Position numbers and translations under genes: made by a program. A DNA stretch of 64,000 bases from Candidatus Limnocylindrales bacterium (GTDB lineage Bacteria; Moduliflexota; Moduliflexia; Moduliflexales; JAUQPW01), in assembly GCA_035559535.1 (NCBI GenBank), contig DATMBG010000039.1, positions 1 through 64,000 on the forward strand, given 5' to 3'. Below are positions 20,707 through 29,947 of the stretch, one piece after another. Under the pieces are notes generated by a model. The model saw only the letters and a program-made list of their open reading frames with translations. It did not search any database and was not told the DNA's origin. Position 1 is the stretch's first letter. Each line of letters begins with the position of its first letter.

Positions 20707-21753
20707 ATGGAGAGTGTACGTGTGGAATGGAAAGCTTTACAGGAATTTGCGACCCAGGTATTTGAAGGGTTGGGGATGCCACCCGGGGATGCGGCCAAGG
20801 AAGCTGAAGTGCTCCTATGGGCCAACCTACGTGGTGTGGATTCCCATGGCGTCCAATTAATTGCTTCTTATTTGAAGCAGGTGGATGCAGGTGTGATGAA
20901 TCCAAAGCCTCGTATTCAGATTATTAAGGAGACTCCTGCTACGATATTCGTTGAAGCCGACCGGGCTTTTGGACCTATTGTTACTACTTTTACCATGGAG
21001 AAGGTCATGGAAAAAGCACGGGAAGTGGGGATAGGTTGGGGATTGATTCGCAACACAACCCATCAGGGGGCCATGGGTTACTACAGTCAGATGGCTGCCG
21101 CGCAGGACATGGCCGGTATTGCCGTAGTCAGCAGCCCACCCAATATGGCCCCTCCTGGGGCCCGAGCGGCAGGGACCCATAACAGCCCTATTTCCATTGC
21201 AGTGCCCGGTAAGACCCGTAAATTCATTACCCTGGATATGGCAACCAGTGTGGTTGCCTGGGGTAAACTGCTGGTGGCCATCGATAAGGGAGAATCCATC
21301 CCCAAAGAATGGGGTTTGGACAAAGATGGACGCCCGACGACGGATCCTAAACAGGTTGCTTTCCTGCAGCCAGCCGGAGGATATAAAGGTTACGGTCTGG
21401 CCTTGATGTTCGAATGTTTATCGGGCCTGATGGCCGGTAATCCTTTAATCACAGCCATTCTGCTCAAGCAAACGCAAGGATCCCCGGTTATCCAAAATAG
21501 CTTTGTGGGGGCCATTAATATCGGTAACTTCACAGATATTAACGAGTACAAAGAGAATGTTGATAGATTGGTTGCGGCAATAAAGAGTCTACCAAGACAG
21601 GAAGGGGTTGAAGAGATTTTCGTACCGGGAGAACCGGAGGAACGTGTCTATGAGGATCGAATTAAAAATGGGATTCCACTCCCCCCGGGGACCATCGAGA
21701 AACTACGAGCCGCCGCAGAGCGGTTTAAGCTTAAATTACCACCGGGTCTTTAA
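20707..21753 (+). CDS. Ldh_2-family (malate/L-lactate/sulfolactate-type) oxidoreductase
   Basis: ANLRGVDSHG, H.GAMGYY, LDMATS, GGYKGYGL, VPGEPE. Confidence 0.9.
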   Translation: MESVRVEWKALQEFATQVFEGLGMPPGDAAKEAEVLLWANLRGVDSHGVQLIASYLKQVDAGVMNPKPRIQIIKETPATIFVEADRAFGPIVTTFTMEKVMEKAREVGIGWGLIRNTTHQGAMGYYSQMAAAQDMAGIAVVSSPPNMAPPGARAAGTHNSPISIAVPGKTRKFITLDMATSVVAWGKLLVAIDKGESIPKEWGLDKDGRPTTDPKQVAFLQPAGGYKGYGLALMFECLSGLMAGNPLITAILLKQTQGSPVIQNSFVGAINIGNFTDINEYKENVDRLVAAIKSLPRQEGVEEIFVPGEPEERVYEDRIKNGIPLPPGTIEKLRAAAERFKLKLPPGL

Positions 21754-21832
21754 AACTTCTCTCCCACTCTCGTTAAATCCAGAGAAGAAAGGGCCGACCT
21801 TCAAGGTGCAGGCCCTTCTGGATGAAATCTCC

Positions 21833-21861
21833 TTGACAGGAAAAAACTCCTTCGGTTAAAT
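21833..21861 (+). promoter_or_regulatory. Putative sigma-70 promoter for the CoA-transferase-fold pair
   Basis: TTGACA-N17-TTAAAT, followed by an AT-rich leader. Confidence 0.5.
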
Positions 21862-21949
21862 ATAAAGCAGGCAAATCGAAGAGTTTGTCTTATTTTATAT
21901 ATAAGTAAAGGTTAATCGATTCGTTAAGAATATAAGGAGGTGAGTCCAT

Positions 21950-22765
21950 CTGAAAACGAAACAGGTGAGTTTAAAAGATGCCGTAGATCTTATCCGGGAT
22001 GGATCCAAGATTGCCGTTGGGGGTAATAGCCTTCATCGGTCTCCATCGGCTATCATTCGGGAGATAGCGCGGCAAAAAAAGAAAGATCTGGAGATTATTA
22101 AGACGGCCGGAGCTTATGATATTGATTTGCTCTGTGCGGCCGGGTGTCTGGGAGCCGTCTCTGCAGGATTCGTTGGATTTGAGGCGGAATTCGGTCTGGC
22201 ACCTAATTTCAGGAAAGCTGCCGAGAGTGGCCAGATCCAGGTTAAAGAAAATTCTTGTTATACGGTTATATCTGGATTACGGGCCGCTGCATACGGGATT
22301 CCTTTTCAACCTACTGCCGGGCTTTGGGGGAGTGAACTGCCGGAGGCTGCAGGATTTAAAAAGGTTCAAGATCCTTATTCAGGGGTAGAAGTTTATGTGG
22401 TTCCGGCTCTAAAGCCGGATTGGGCTATCTTGCATGTACAGGTGTGTGATCCTTATGGAAATGCACGGATCTACGGTTCTACCTTTGAAGATGTCTTAAT
22501 GGCTAAGGCGGCAGGAGGAGTTATTCTCTCCACCGAACAAATCGTATCTTCTCAGGAATTGAGTACCCAACCCGAATTAACCCAAATTCCAGGTATATTT
22601 GTAAAAGCCGTAGTCGAAGTTCCCCGGGGCGCTTATCCTTGCAGTTGCTATCCCTATTACGATTATGATGGGGATCACATTCGTCAGTACCTTGAACTCT
22701 CCACCGATGGGGATCGTTTGGAGGAATATCTTTATTCCATGGATATGGAGGTTGTTGGGAGCTAA
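21950..22765 (+). CDS. CoA-transferase-fold subunit A (GctA/AibA-like); probable CTG start
   Basis: SLKDAVDLIRDG..GG, LRAAAYGIPF, ILHVQ.CD.YGNA, VPRGAYPCSC. TAAGGAGGTG lies 7 nt before an in-frame CTG at 21950; the alternative start is GTG 21965. Confidence 0.85.
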   Translation: MKTKQVSLKDAVDLIRDGSKIAVGGNSLHRSPSAIIREIARQKKKDLEIIKTAGAYDIDLLCAAGCLGAVSAGFVGFEAEFGLAPNFRKAAESGQIQVKENSCYTVISGLRAAAYGIPFQPTAGLWGSELPEAAGFKKVQDPYSGVEVYVVPALKPDWAILHVQVCDPYGNARIYGSTFEDVLMAKAAGGVILSTEQIVSSQELSTQPELTQIPGIFVKAVVEVPRGAYPCSCYPYYDYDGDHIRQYLELSTDGDRLEEYLYSMDMEVVGS

Positions 22766-22852
22766 CAGAGGGAATAGGGGAGCTAGAAAGGAGAAAAGAA
22801 CGGTTGTTCTCCCTTCTCCAACTCTCCCATTCTTCTACTCTTCGACTCGAAT

Positions 22853-23569
22853 ATGTGGACTATTTCGGATATCATGGCCGTTTCCATGGCCCGTCTATTA
22901 AGAAATGGCGAGACCGTTTTTCATGGTGTGGCTTCCCCTCTTCCCATGGTGGCTATTCTCCTGGCCAAGAAGCTCCATGCTCCGGATCTGATTTATATCA
23001 ATATTACCGGAGGGATAGATCCAGAACCAGCACGGCTTCCTCACTCTACGGTCCATCCTGAGCTTTTTAAGGGATCGGCCATCATCTTTAGTTTACAGGA
23101 TCTATTTGATCTGGCAGCCCGGGGCGATTTAGATGTTGCCTTTTTAGGAGGAGCTCAAATTGATCAACACGGGCGAACAAATATGACGGCAATAGGATCT
23201 CGCCAACATCCTAAAATTCGCCTTCCCGGAAGTGCAGGAAGTGCTTCCATTATGCCGGTGGTAAAAAGGGTCATTCTCTGGAGGACACGCCATGACCGTA
23301 AAACTTTTGTAGAGCGATGTGATTTTATCACGGCAGATGGGAGGGTTGAGCGGGTTGTCACCCCTTTATGCATTTTTAAGAAAGTGGATAATATCCTCCA
23401 GGTTGAAAGCATTCATCCCCATGCTTCACGTGAAGAAGTCCTTGCAAATACAGGTTTTGAAGTCCGATTCCTTCCCGATTTTCATATAACTCCTGAACCC
23501 ACCCCTGAAGAGCTTAAGTGGCTTTCAGAAATCGATCCCCATCGGGTTCGAGACATTGAATTTTCATAA
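22853..23569 (+). CDS. CoA-transferase-fold subunit B (GctB/AibB-like)
   Basis: GVASPLP, HAPDL.Y, FLGGAQID.HGRTNMT.IG, LPGSAG, NTGF. Confidence 0.85.
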   Translation: MWTISDIMAVSMARLLRNGETVFHGVASPLPMVAILLAKKLHAPDLIYINITGGIDPEPARLPHSTVHPELFKGSAIIFSLQDLFDLAARGDLDVAFLGGAQIDQHGRTNMTAIGSRQHPKIRLPGSAGSASIMPVVKRVILWRTRHDRKTFVERCDFITADGRVERVVTPLCIFKKVDNILQVESIHPHASREEVLANTGFEVRFLPDFHITPEPTPEELKWLSEIDPHRVRDIEFS

Positions 23570-23587
23570 TCGGGGGGAAAATAATAC

Positions 23588-23617
23588 TTGACTTAAAATT
23601 TAATCCTAGGGTATGAT
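23588..23617 (+). promoter_or_regulatory. Putative sigma-70 promoter
   Basis: TTGACT-N18-TATGAT, about 185 nt upstream of the AIM24 gene. Confidence 0.5.
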
Positions 23618-23804
23618 AACATTTACATATCTAATCTAAGCGGTGACCGTCATCATTACGCCGCCCGTTTTCTCGTGTGGGTATCTCAGCTTGTTCAGGA
23701 TTTCGACTCAACATAGCGGCCCTTTCTAAGGGTGACTCTGTGGGTTACTCCTGCAAGTTTAACTTTATGATTGCTTTATAGGGATTTCTTGAAGGAGAAA
23801 AGCC

Positions 23805-24479
23805 ATGAATTATGAGATTATGTACCACCCGTCTTATTCCCTGGCGATTGTAAAGCTGGAAGCTGGTGAATTCCTCTCTGCGGGTGCAGGTACGATGGTC
23901 AGTATGTCCGATAACATCGTGATGGAGACCAAAGGGCAAAAAGGCGTTCTGGGAATGCTCAAACGGTCTGTTTTAGGAGAGGAGTATTTCTTTATCAATA
24001 CGTTTCGTGCGGAAGGCGGGAGCGGCGAGATCACATTTGCACCTCCTTTCCCAGGAGATATCCTTTGTTATGAGCTTTATAACGAAACCATTTATGTACA
24101 ATCCGGCTCTTATATCGGATCCTCTCCAGATATTGCCATCGATACCAGATGGAATGGATCTAAAAGCTTCTTCTCCCGGGAGAGTCAATTCCTGCTCAAA
24201 ATCAGTGGGAACGGACCTCTTTTCATAGCCAGTTACGGAGCTATGTATGAAAAGAATCTGGCCAAAGGTGAAAAATATCTGATAGATACCGGGCACCTGG
24301 TTGCGTTTACCAACGGAGTTACTTATGCCATTAAAAGGGTTGGCGGCCTTAAACCGACTATTCTCGGTGGTGGGGAGGGGGTCGTTTGTGAATTTACAGG
24401 ACCCGGACGTATCTTTATTCAAACCCGTAGTGAAGATGCCTTTCTCGCCTGGCTGCTATCAAAATTGCCCAAGAAGTAA
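23805..24479 (+). CDS. TIGR00266/AIM24 family protein
   Basis: G.MVSM, GE.FFINTF, APPFPGDI, IDTGHLVAF, GEG.VCEFTGPG.I.IQTRS. Confidence 0.9.
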   Translation: MNYEIMYHPSYSLAIVKLEAGEFLSAGAGTMVSMSDNIVMETKGQKGVLGMLKRSVLGEEYFFINTFRAEGGSGEITFAPPFPGDILCYELYNETIYVQSGSYIGSSPDIAIDTRWNGSKSFFSRESQFLLKISGNGPLFIASYGAMYEKNLAKGEKYLIDTGHLVAFTNGVTYAIKRVGGLKPTILGGGEGVVCEFTGPGRIFIQTRSEDAFLAWLLSKLPKK

Positions 24480-24558
24480 GCCAACATCTGCCCTGACCTT
24501 TACAAAAACCCCGTTTCCCTTAAAAGGATTTCTGAGGAATAGGACTTTCAAATCCTAT

Positions 24559-24586
24559 AAAAGCCGGATAAATTTATCCGGCTTTT
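24559..24586. terminator. Intrinsic terminator-like perfect palindrome
   Basis: AAAAGCCGGATAAATTTATCCGGCTTTT. Confidence 0.7.
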
Positions 24587-24661
24587 TAGTAAAAGCGTCA
24601 TTTGATTTTGGAATTCATCATCAATCTTAAAACCTAAAAACAGGCTAAAACGTATCTTTAT

Positions 24662-25813
24662 TTGTTCCAAATGCGGCCTCTATCCCTCCAATCCTTAGAT
24701 GAGCGATTACAAAAGGCCACCGATCAGGAAGAAGCCCCGGGTATCACGCTTCTGATAGCTTATAAAAGTCAATGCATTTATCATAAAGCCTTCGGCTATG
24801 CCCAGCTAATTCCAGAAAAAAAAGTACTGACCCTGGAAACCCTCTTTGATGTGGCTTCTCTTACCAAGGTTTTGGCTACCACAACGGCTATTTTATTGCT
24901 TCTTAAATCGGGGGAGATTTCCTTACACGATCCGATTTCCAAATATTTTCAAGAGTTTCATACTTCTGAGAAGAGTTCGATAACCGTTCGACATCTTTTG
25001 ACCCATTCATCGGGCTTGCCGGCTTATTACCGGTTTTACCAGGACCTTTGGAAGGAAGACCAGAAACGAGGCGGGGGATTTCTTTGTACACAAGCCGCCA
25101 AGGAACAGGCTATCCAAACAACCTTAACCCTGGATCTTGTCTATCCAACCGGACAGGATTATAAGTATAGCGATCCAGGATTCATCCTGTTGGGAGCTCT
25201 GATTGAAAAAATTACCGGTATGGAGTTGGATAAGTTTTGTCAACAGGAAATCTGGCTCCCGCTGGGGATGAAAAATACTTTTTTTAATAATTTAAAGGAA
25301 ACTTTGCCGGCAGCCTTTCGGCAAAACTCTCGGAAATTTGCTGCAACCGAATATTGCCCCTGGCGTCAAAGGGTCCTGTACGGGGAAGTTCACGATGAAA
25401 ATTGTTATGCCATGGGTGGGATTGCCGGACACGCCGGCTTATTTTCAACCTCTGAAGATATTTACCTTCTTGTGAAGAAGCTGCTGGATTGTTATCAAGG
25501 AAAGGATGACTGGATTCCACCTTCCTGGGTCCGAGAATTTTTCACCCGACAACATTTACCGGAGCACTCTACCTGGGCTTTAGGTTGGGATACTCCGGCC
25601 TCCCAGGGTTCTACCTCAGGGACGTACTTCTCTAGGGAGTCTGTAGGTCATACGGGGTTTACAGGGACCTCTATTTGGATAGATCTTAAGAAAGATCTGG
25701 TTGTTATCTTACTATCCAATCGGGTGCATCCTTCTCGAAGTAATCAACGATTTGCTAAACTGCGACCGGAAGTTCATGACATGGTGCAGCAGGTGGTGAG
25801 CAGGGGATTGTAG
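24662..25813 (+). CDS. Serine hydrolase, beta-lactamase/AmiE-like family
   Basis: FDVASLTK (SxxK), LLTHSSGL, YSD, GEVHDEN..GGIAGHAGLFST, GHTGFTGTSIWID. Confidence 0.88.
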   Translation: MFQMRPLSLQSLDERLQKATDQEEAPGITLLIAYKSQCIYHKAFGYAQLIPEKKVLTLETLFDVASLTKVLATTTAILLLLKSGEISLHDPISKYFQEFHTSEKSSITVRHLLTHSSGLPAYYRFYQDLWKEDQKRGGGFLCTQAAKEQAIQTTLTLDLVYPTGQDYKYSDPGFILLGALIEKITGMELDKFCQQEIWLPLGMKNTFFNNLKETLPAAFRQNSRKFAATEYCPWRQRVLYGEVHDENCYAMGGIAGHAGLFSTSEDIYLLVKKLLDCYQGKDDWIPPSWVREFFTRQHLPEHSTWALGWDTPASQGSTSGTYFSRESVGHTGFTGTSIWIDLKKDLVVILLSNRVHPSRSNQRFAKLRPEVHDMVQQVVSRGL

Positions 25814-25864
25814 GCAGGGAACAGAAAATTTACTGCCTACTATCCTCTACTTCCCCCCATAGAA

Positions 25865-27337
25865 ATGGATCAAATTAAAAAGATTCACATGATTGCCATA
25901 TGCGGTACAGGTATGAGTTCGCTGGCTGGTATGCTGAAGAGTTCGGGATATGAGATTACGGGATCTGATGATAATGTCTATCCACCGGTCAGTACGCAGT
26001 TGGATAAATTAGGAATTCCCTACTTTAAGGGCTTTAAGCCTTCCAACCTGGATCACCACCCTGATCTGGTCATTGTAGGAAATGCCATGTCCAGAGGTAA
26101 TCCCGAGGTAGAGGCTATGTTGGATCGGGGGCTTAAACATACTTCTTTTCCCCAGGCCCTCTCCGACTTCTATCTCAAAGACAAACATCCCATTGTAGTA
26201 GCCGGAACCCATGGAAAAACCACCACCTCTGCTGTAATCGCCTGGACGCTGGAGTGTGCTGGCCTAGATCCTTCCTTTATGGTGGGTGGAATCACCAAAA
26301 ATTTTCATAGTAATTATAAACTGGGTTTGGGAAAATATTTCGTGGTTGAAGGGGATGAATATGATACGGCTTTCTTTGATAAAACCCCTAAGTTCCTCCA
26401 TTATCGACCCCGTTCGGCCCTTATCACCAGTCTGGAATTTGACCATGCCGATATCTATCAAGATTTAGATCAGATTCGGGAGGAATTTAGAAGATTCATC
26501 AGGTTAATTCCCCAGGATGGCCTTTTAGTAGCCTGCATAGATGATCCTCGGGTTCGGGAACTGGTTCAAAAAGTGAGGGTACCCTTGGAAACCTATGGAT
26601 TCTCCCGAGAGGCCCAATGGAGGGCAGAGGATTTGAAATTCTCTGAAAAGGGAACCGAATTTACCATCTATCGCGGAAAAGAGGTATTTGGAAACTTTTT
26701 CACAGGTACCATGGGCCGTCACAATGTCCAAAACCTGTTGGGTTCGGCGGCACTCCTTGCCGGATTGGGACTTTCCGCCAAGGAGATTCAGGAAGGATTA
26801 GAGACTTTTCAAGGTGTCCGAAGACGTCAAGAGCTGGTGGGAAACGTGGGAGATGTTATCGTTCTGGACGATTTTGCCCACCATCCTACGGCGGTTCGAG
26901 AAACCCTTCAAGCAGTAAGATCTCGATACCCCGGTAGACGGTTATGGAGTATCTTTGAACCCAGGAGTGCTACCAATCGACGTAATGTCTTCCAAAAGGA
27001 ATATGTCCGGGCTTTTAAAGAGGCCGATATTGTTATCATAGCCGATGTTTATCTTCCTGAGAAGGCTCCGGAGGGAGCTCGTTTCTCCCCGGACCAACTG
27101 GCCGAAGATTTGACCCAGGAAGGTAAAAACGCCCGGCATATTAGCGGAACAGATCAAATTATAGCCTACGTGATGGAAAGAGTCCGGCCCGGAGATGTGA
27201 TCCTCTGCATGTCCAATGGTGGATTTGATGGGATTCAAGGAAAACTTGTGAAAGCCCTCCATTTAAAGGAAAACCTGAGGTCAGGGCTGCCGGAAGATAC
27301 CAGGAAGTCCAGAGACCGGGAGGCAGGAACTCTTTAG
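25865..27337 (+). CDS. mpl: UDP-N-acetylmuramate:L-alanyl-gamma-D-glutamyl-meso-diaminopimelate ligase
   Basis: IAICGTGM, GTHGKTTT, EGDEYDTAFFDK.PKFLHY, LEFDHADI, DDFAHHPTA, FEPRS, MSNGGF. Confidence 0.93.
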   Translation: MDQIKKIHMIAICGTGMSSLAGMLKSSGYEITGSDDNVYPPVSTQLDKLGIPYFKGFKPSNLDHHPDLVIVGNAMSRGNPEVEAMLDRGLKHTSFPQALSDFYLKDKHPIVVAGTHGKTTTSAVIAWTLECAGLDPSFMVGGITKNFHSNYKLGLGKYFVVEGDEYDTAFFDKTPKFLHYRPRSALITSLEFDHADIYQDLDQIREEFRRFIRLIPQDGLLVACIDDPRVRELVQKVRVPLETYGFSREAQWRAEDLKFSEKGTEFTIYRGKEVFGNFFTGTMGRHNVQNLLGSAALLAGLGLSAKEIQEGLETFQGVRRRQELVGNVGDVIVLDDFAHHPTAVRETLQAVRSRYPGRRLWSIFEPRSATNRRNVFQKEYVRAFKEADIVIIADVYLPEKAPEGARFSPDQLAEDLTQEGKNARHISGTDQIIAYVMERVRPGDVILCMSNGGFDGIQGKLVKALHLKENLRSGLPEDTRKSRDREAGTL

Positions 27338-27378
27338 TATTTTTTTGTCAAATTTTACAGTAACTGCTAGGTTCTGCC

Positions 27379-27418
27379 CTCACCCACGGCCCCTCTCCCA
27401 CAAGGGGCCGTGGGTGAG
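27379..27418. repeat. 16-bp perfect inverted repeat between convergent genes (terminator or repeat element)
   Basis: CTCACCCACGGCCCCT-ctcccaca-AGGGGCCGTGGGTGAG. Confidence 0.75.
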
Positions 27419-27495
27419 AGGGAGCAAAGTACTGCGTGTTTACCGTTAGTTAGAAAAAGGTACTTCGTTAGCTGATTTGGATTGTTAAATCTCGA

Positions 27496-27921
27496 TCATT
27501 GAATATCTAAAACCGCCGAGACGATATTGCTGGTACCTCCAGCATCTTTCACGTAGAGATTAACTTCGAGTTGTGAGGATCTGGGGGTAAAGGAGTTGAC
27601 AGGGACAGGTATATGGAGGGTTTTGGGAGCTCCGTTAACTCTGAAAGAGATAGGAGAAAGAGAAGGCCCGTTGGTGATAAAGATGTGAATCGTTCCAGAG
27701 GTTATTCGCTCAGAACCAGGTGTATAATCAGTAGTCAGGGTTACAATCTGTCCAGGACTGGCCGGATTCGGGGTAATGGTCAGTGAAGATAAAGACGGGG
27801 GAGCAGCAACCGAAGGTGGAGAGTAGGGAAGAGGACCCCTTAAGCCACAGCCGTAAAGAATCCCTGGAGTTATCCCGATAAGAATCCAAAACAAAAGGTT
27901 TTTGTTTATCTGTCGCATCAT
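27496..27921 (-). CDS. Putative lipoprotein with an Ig-like beta-sandwich
   Basis: Basic then hydrophobic N-terminus with lipobox LYGC, Pro/Ser linker, beta-rich domain (LTITPNPASPGQ.VTL). Confidence 0.6.
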   Translation of the reverse strand: MMRQINKNLLFWILIGITPGILYGCGLRGPLPYSPPSVAAPPSLSSLTITPNPASPGQIVTLTTDYTPGSERITSGTIHIFITNGPSLSPISFRVNGAPKTLHIPVPVNSFTPRSSQLEVNLYVKDAGGTSNIVSAVLDIQ

Positions 27922-28037
27922 GGGGTAACCTCATCATTTATGTAGGTTAGAAGTATTCAAATCTCAGTCGCATCTTTCAGATAAACCTTATAAAATAAAG
28001 CTTTCTATTTGTCAAGTTTATATCGAAGGAGAGAAGT

Positions 28038-29372
28038 ATGAAGATCCCATCACGCTTACGAGAAAATGCCCTGGCTATTTTTAAGGCAGGACTTCAAGCT
28101 GCAGACCCTTTAGAAGCTATTCATCGCCATGTCAAACGGATGGGCCTTAAGCTTCAGGTGGGCGAAAAGGTTTACAATCTTTCAGATTACGAGAGGATGT
28201 ATGTAATCGGAGGAGGAAAAGCCGGAGCTTCCATGGCCCGAGCCGTTGAAGATCTTCTAAAAGGTCGAATTACGGCCGGGCTTGTCAACGTGAAGTATGG
28301 GCATTTAGCCGATCTGGAGGTTATTCGGCTCAATGAAGCAGGTCATCCTATTCCCGATGAGGCAGGGGTTCGAGGCACTCAGGAAATTGTGGATCTGGCG
28401 CGTCAGGCCGGAGACAAAGACCTGGTCATTTGCCTCATTTCTGGAGGTGGCTCGGCCCTTCTTCCTCTTCCTGTTCCGGGGATCACCCTGGAGGAAAAGC
28501 AAACGGTCACCAAACTTCTATTAGCCTGTGGAGCTACCATCAATGAGATAAACGCACTGCGAAAGCATATCTCTCAAATTAAAGGAGGTCAACTGGCCCG
28601 AATCGTTATGCCGGCAACCCTTATCAGTCTGATTCTCTCCGATGTCATCGGAGATCCTCTCGACGTCATCGCCTCAGGACCCACCGTACCCGATGAAAGT
28701 ACCTTCCAAGATTGCTGGCGAATTCTTGAGAAGTATCAATTGGTGGATCGGGTCCCTCACTCTGTTCTTAACCATATTCGTGGAGGTTTATCCGGTCGGA
28801 TTGCGGAGACCCCTAAACCCGGTGATCCTGCCTTTGCTAAAACTCAGAACCTCATTGTCGGTAGCAATTTCCTGGCCGTTAAAGCAGCCGCCCAAAAAGC
28901 TAAAGAACTGGGTTATAACACCCTGATTCTCTCCTCCTTTGTGGAAGGAGAGACCCGGGAAGTAGCTAAAGTTCATACGGCAATCGTCAAAGAGATTTTA
29001 AACTCCGGTAACCCTATTCCTCCTCCCGCCTGTATCATCTCGGGAGGGGAAACTACCGTGACCCTCAAAGGAGAAGGATTGGGTGGAAGAAATCAGGAGT
29101 TTGTGCTGGCTGCCGCTTTAGATATAGCCGGTTTAAAAGACGTGGTAGTACTGAGTGCTGGAACCGATGGAACCGATGGCCCCACCGATGCAGCCGGTGC
29201 TATCGCCGATGGATCTACCGTGCAGCGAGCCAAAGAGTTAAAGCTGGATCCTTTTAAATACCTCCAGGAAAATGATTCCTATCACTTTTTTCAACCCCTT
29301 GGGGATTTGATCCTTACAGGACCTACCAATACCAACGTGATGGATTTACGAATCATGCTGGTAGGTACTTAG
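28038..29372 (+). CDS. Glycerate 2-kinase (GckA/TtuD, MOFRL family)
   Basis: GGGKAG, AGHP.PD, LISGGGSAL, SDV.GD...IASGPT, GGETTV, GGRNQE, GTDGTDGPT, TNVMD. Confidence 0.94.
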   Translation: MKIPSRLRENALAIFKAGLQAADPLEAIHRHVKRMGLKLQVGEKVYNLSDYERMYVIGGGKAGASMARAVEDLLKGRITAGLVNVKYGHLADLEVIRLNEAGHPIPDEAGVRGTQEIVDLARQAGDKDLVICLISGGGSALLPLPVPGITLEEKQTVTKLLLACGATINEINALRKHISQIKGGQLARIVMPATLISLILSDVIGDPLDVIASGPTVPDESTFQDCWRILEKYQLVDRVPHSVLNHIRGGLSGRIAETPKPGDPAFAKTQNLIVGSNFLAVKAAAQKAKELGYNTLILSSFVEGETREVAKVHTAIVKEILNSGNPIPPPACIISGGETTVTLKGEGLGGRNQEFVLAAALDIAGLKDVVVLSAGTDGTDGPTDAAGAIADGSTVQRAKELKLDPFKYLQENDSYHFFQPLGDLILTGPTNTNVMDLRIMLVGT

Positions 29373-29947
29373 TGGCAAATTCCTTGGAAAATATTCCCAT
29401 GAGAAGGCTGGTTTTGGTCTCCCTTGTAGGGATTCTTCCTTATTTTTGGGAGATAAGGTATCCTGATTCGGGAGAGATTTTGCGGGATAAGTTAGTTCAG
29501 GCAGGTCCTGTCCAGCCCAATATGCCACAGACCTCGCCCCCTCCACCCCAGGCCCCTCCTCCCCTTCCAACCCGACCCATTAAACCTCAAATCCCTCTAC
29601 CCATTCCCCGTCCCCGGATCGTACCGATCCCTCCGGCCATGCCAGGGATCCCGGCAGACTTCGAATTTCTGTTAATCCCCATAAGAACCAACCTTCTCAA
29701 GGCAGGTTTCAATTCCAGAAGAGGTAATATCCGGGTGGCCAGCCTGCGTATTCGATCCGTCATAGCTGAATTAGACCTGCTCCGGCAGTGGTTCCCGGAT
29801 ACGGCCCCTCAAATTCAACAGGCTCAAAGTAACCTGAATGAAGCTCTACGGCTTTTGGATCGAAACAGACCCGATGAAGCGGTCAGAATCCTCCGGGAGT
29901 CCGAAAAAAATCTCGATTCGATCCTGAAAGGGGATGATATCAGGTAG
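29372..29947 (+). CDS. Hypothetical protein with Pro-rich linker and helical C-terminus
   Basis: 191-aa ORF abutting the glycerate kinase stop; short hydrophobic N-terminal stretch; no recognisable family. Confidence 0.5.
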   Translation: MANSLENIPMRRLVLVSLVGILPYFWEIRYPDSGEILRDKLVQAGPVQPNMPQTSPPPPQAPPPLPTRPIKPQIPLPIPRPRIVPIPPAMPGIPADFEFLLIPIRTNLLKAGFNSRRGNIRVASLRIRSVIAELDLLRQWFPDTAPQIQQAQSNLNEALRLLDRNRPDEAVRILRESEKNLDSILKGDDIR

